A DNA stretch of 6,407 nucleotides from Enterobacteria phage FfAmethyst: sequence record PP430147.1; one strand, 5' to 3'. The notes beneath the pieces were generated by a model, which had not been told where the DNA came from, ran no database searches, and saw only the letters and a program-made list of their open reading frames with translations. Shown piece by piece: positions 5,150-6,407 of the stretch. Each line of letters starts with the position of its first letter. The stretch's first letter is position 1. Made by a program: the position numbers and the translations under genes.

Positions 5150-6407
5150 TTTTGTTTTCTTGATGTTTGTTTCATCATCTTCTTTTGCTCAAGTAATTGA
5201 AATGAATAATTCGCCTCTGCGCGATTTCGTTACTTGGTATTCAAAGCAAACAGGTGAATCTGTTATTGTCTCGCCTGATGTTAAGGGTACTGTGACTGTA
5301 TATTCATCTGACGTTAAACCTGAAAATCTACGCAATTTCTTTATTTCTGTTTTACGTGCAAATAATTTTGATATGGTAGGTTCTAACCCTTCCATTATTC
5401 AGAAGTATAATCCAAACAATCAGGATTATATTGATGAATTGCCATCATCTGATAATCAGGAATATGATGATAATTCCGCTCCTTCTGGTGGTTTCTTTGT
5501 TCCGCAAAATGATAATGTTACTCAAACTTTTAAAATTAATAACGTTCGGGCAAAGGATTTAATACGAGTTGTAGAATTGTTTGTTAAATCTAATACGTCT
5601 AAATCCTCAAATGTATTATCTATTGACGGCTCTAATCTATTAGTTGTTAGTGCTCCTAAAGATATTTTAGATAACCTTCCTCAATTCCTTTCAACTGTTG
5701 ATTTGCCAACTGACCAGATATTGATTGAGGGTTTGATATTTGAGGTTCAGCAAGGTGATGCTTTAGATTTTTCATTTGCTGCTGGCTCTCAGCGTGGCAC
5801 TGTTGCAGGCGGTGTTAATACTGACCGCCTCACCTCTGTTTTATCTTCTGCTGGTGGTTCGTTCGGTATTTTTAACGGCGATGTTTTAGGGCTATCAGTT
5901 CGCGCATTAAAGACTAATAGCCATTCAAAAATATTATCTGTGCCCCGTATTCTTACGCTTTCAGGTCAAAAGGGTTCTATCTCTGTTGGTCAGAATGTGC
6001 CTTTTATTACTGGTCGTGTAACTGGTGAATCTGCCAATGTAAATAATCCATTTCAGACGATTGAGCGTCAAAATGTAGGTATTTCCATGAGCGTTTTTCC
6101 TGTTGCAATGGCTGGCGGTAATATTGTTCTGGATATTACTAGTAAGGCCGATAGTTTGAGTTCTTCTACTCAGGCAAGTGATGTTATTACTAATCAAAGA
6201 AGCATTGCGACAACGGTTAATTTGCGTGATGGACAGACTCTTTTGCTCGGTGGCCTCACTGATTACAAAAACACCTCTCAGGATTCTGGCGTACCGTTCC
6301 TGTCTAAAATCCCTTTAATCGGCCTCCTGTTTAGCTCCCGCTCTGATTCTAACGAGGAAAGCACGTTATACGTGCTCGTCAAAGCAACCATAGTACGCGC
6401 CCTGTAG
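5127..6407 (+). CDS. IV: pIV, outer-membrane secretin for virion export, 426 aa including a 21-aa signal peptide
   Basis: ORF-track 5088..6407 is over-extended. The true ATG at 5127 (MKLLNVINFVFLMFVSSSSFA then QVIEMNNSPL...) gives 426 aa and overlaps the gene I end by 23 nt. The stop TAG ends at the last base of the window. Confidence 0.96.
   Translation: MKLLNVINFVFLMFVSSSSFAQVIEMNNSPLRDFVTWYSKQTGESVIVSPDVKGTVTVYSSDVKPENLRNFFISVLRANNFDMVGSNPSIIQKYNPNNQDYIDELPSSDNQEYDDNSAPSGGFFVPQNDNVTQTFKINNVRAKDLIRVVELFVKSNTSKSSNVLSIDGSNLLVVSAPKDILDNLPQFLSTVDLPTDQILIEGLIFEVQQGDALDFSFAAGSQRGTVAGGVNTDRLTSVLSSAGGSFGIFNGDVLGLSVRALKTNSHSKILSVPRILTLSGQKGSISVGQNVPFITGRVTGESANVNNPFQTIERQNVGISMSVFPVAMAGGNIVLDITSKADSLSSSTQASDVITNQRSIATTVNLRDGQTLLLGGLTDYKNTSQDSGVPFLSKIPLIGLLFSSRSDSNEESTLYVLVKATIVRAL

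Noticed and set aside
5189-6197. Antisense ORFs 5189..5395(-) and 5961..6197(-) opposite gene IV
   Set aside because: Same reasoning: short antisense ORFs inside the secretin gene with no supporting signals.
1-6407. The idea that the window hides a novel or undescribed system (defence island, toxin-antitoxin pair, accessory cargo)
   Set aside because: Every base is accounted for by canonical Ff genes and the IG region at canonical spacing, with genome length equal to the reference. There is no unexplained insert or extra ORF.

Overview
This window is a complete, unit-length genome of an Ff-class filamentous coliphage (Inovirus; the f1/fd/M13 group), not a novel system. It is written as a linear permutation of the circle, starting at the first base after the gene IV stop codon. 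All eleven canonical genes are present on the + strand in the canonical order (II with nested X, V, VII, IX, VIII, III, VI, I with nested XI, IV), preceded by the 505-nt intergenic region carrying the packaging signal and both replication origins. Gene coordinates equal the standard M13/f1 numbering minus 5500 (modulo 6407) throughout, so there is no net insertion or deletion and no room for cargo such as lacZ-alpha, a polylinker, a resistance marker or a display insert. Several alleles look f1/fd-like rather than M13-like, and the length matches f1 (6407) rather than fd (6408); this typing rests on recalled reference sequences and needs an alignment. The only mildly unusual item is a possible Thr36-to-Ala change in the major coat protein. 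Genes VII and IX are below the ORF-track length cutoff and were placed by reading the sequence directly. Every remaining ORF-track entry is rejected, either as an over-extended start for genes III, I and IV or as an antisense or alternate-frame artefact.
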